Positions 62,871 to 64,000 of a stretch of 64,000 bases of DNA are shown here, piece after piece; positions within the stretch are counted from its first letter, which is position 1; each line of letters opens with the position of its first letter. Origin of the DNA: an uncultured Pelagibacteraceae bacterium (lineage in GTDB: Bacteria; Pseudomonadota; Alphaproteobacteria; Pelagibacterales; Pelagibacteraceae); the NCBI GenBank assembly GCA_902579215.1, contig CACHGH010000002.1:36494-100493 (forward strand), in the 5' to 3' direction. Under the pieces are notes generated by a model that saw only the letters and a list, made by a program, of their open reading frames with translations, searched no databases and was not told where the DNA came from. Both the position numbers and the translations under genes were made by a program.

Positions 62871-64000
62871 TTACTGATTTACCTGTGTTTCTGAGGGTTC
62901 AATTTTTTCCTGTTCAGATAAAAACTTTTTATCATCTTCAAGAGCTTTTTTGTTCCAATCGTTTTTAATTGAGCCTGTTCCAGCAGGAACTAACCTACCT
63001 ACAATTACGTTTTCTTTTAGACCTTGTAATTTATCTACCTTACCTTTAATAGCTGCATCTGTTAATACTCTTGTTGTTTCTTGGAACGAGGCAGCAGATA
63101 TAAATGACTCTGTTTGCAAAGAAGCTTTAGTTATACCCATTAATATTCTTTCACCTTGAGCTATTTTTTTTCCATTAGCTTTTAAATCTTCATTCATATT
63201 TTCAAATTTAATTCTATCGATTATTTCTCCAGGTAATAAGCTTGAATCTCCAGGATTTTTAATTTCTATTTTCTTTAACATTTGTCTTAAAATTGTTTCA
63301 ATATGTTTGTCATTAATAACCACACCTTGAAGCCTGTATACTTCTTGCACTTGGTTAACAAAATACTCAGTTAGCTCTTCAATACCTAGAATTCTAAGTA
63401 TATCATGGGGTAGAGGTTGTCCGTCTAATAAATATTCTCCTTTTTTAATTTTTTCCCCTTGGTTAAAATTAATATGTTTACCTTTTGGAATAAGGTAATT
63501 TGATGACTCTCCATTTTCAGATTGTATTGATACTCTCTGTTTTCCTCTAACTTCTTTTCCAAATAAAACCTTTCCATCATTTTCTGCTATTATTGCACTA
63601 TCTTTTGCTTTTCTTGCTTCGAACAATTCAGCTACTCTAGGCAAACCTCCTGTTATATCTTTTGTCTTTGAAGTTTCTTTTGGTAATCTTGCAATAACAT
63701 CTCCAGCAAATATTTTTTGACCATCTTTTACTGATAAAATAGAATCTGGTACTAAATAATATCTTGCCTCATTATCATCAGCTTTTTTAATTACATTTCC
63801 TTTATCATCTCTTAAAGTAATTCTTGGTTTTAAATCTGTATTCTTTGATTGTGAACGCCAATCTATAACTGACTTAGATGATATACCTGTAGCGTCATCT
63901 GTAATTTCTTGTAAAGACACTCCATCAATTAAATCAACATATCCGGCTATACCACTTTTTTCTGCAATCACTGGTGTAGTGTAAGGATCCCATTCACAAA
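62871..64000 (-). CDS. rpoC: RNA polymerase subunit beta' (3' part; continues beyond the window)
   Basis: [46 protein letters not shown]. Confidence 0.98.
   Translation of the reverse strand, partial: CEWDPYTTPVIAEKSGIAGYVDLIDGVSLQEITDDATGISSKSVIDWRSQSKNTDLKPRITLRDDKGNVIKKADDNEARYYLVPDSILSVKDGQKIFAGDVIARLPKETSKTKDITGGLPRVAELFEARKAKDSAIIAENDGKVLFGKEVRGKQRVSIQSENGESSNYLIPKGKHINFNQGEKIKKGEYLLDGQPLPHDILRILGIEELTEYFVNQVQEVYRLQGVVINDKHIETILRQMLKKIEIKNPGDSSLLPGEIIDRIKFENMNEDLKANGKKIAQGERILMGITKASLQTESFISAASFQETTRVLTDAAIKGKVDKLQGLKENVIVGRLVPAGTGSIKNDWNKKALEDDKKFLSEQEKIEPSETQVNQ

Noticed and set aside
62783-63159. Plus-strand ORFs at 62783-62968 and 62950-63159
   Set aside because: They overlap the rpsL promoter/leader and are antisense to rpoC; no motifs.
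1-64000. CRISPR arrays, IS elements, prophage, rRNA, tmRNA, FMN/TPP/glycine riboswitches, CtrA boxes
   Set aside because: No spaced repeats, transposases or phage genes were seen. Gaps before rib, thiL, glyA and soxB are too short or too AT-rich for riboswitches. TTAA-type motifs are uninformative at this AT content.

Overview
Very AT-rich, densely packed core-genome segment of a streamlined alphaproteobacterium. Gene content and order point to SAR11/Pelagibacterales; this is inferred, not database-confirmed. In order: rpmF-plsX-ihfA-merR-rpmG; cbp3/bamE; hppA; a long minus-strand run (2OG-Fe(II) oxygenase-rpiB-glyA-nrdR-ribD-ribE-ribB-ribH-nusB-thiL); hemB; dapA*-smpB-folK-rel-pyrE-pdxJ-acpS-lepB-rnc-recO; slt; tRNA-Ser(GCT); soxBDAG; gatCAB-O-methyltransferase-trhO-MATE; yqgF-pyrB-pyrC'-plsY-topA-small secreted protein-ridA; galU-ugd; panC; mgtE; lipB; rluC; the alpha/spc/S10/str ribosomal clusters; and the 3' part of rpoC. 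I found no mobile elements, CRISPR arrays or rRNA. Most notable: (1) trhO is translationally coupled to a TrmR-family-like O-methyltransferase behind gatCAB, a candidate ho5U->mo5U wobble-modification module; (2) dapA has an internal out-of-frame deletion with apparent microhomology; (3) a 14-bp palindrome may serve as a shared -35 for divergent tRNA-Ser/soxB promoters; (4) divergent genes share one CATG for their start codons; (5) rpsL has a structured leader; (6) many proteins are shortened or Zn-free, and rpoZ, era, fabH, dprA, tuf and rpmD are absent from their usual positions.
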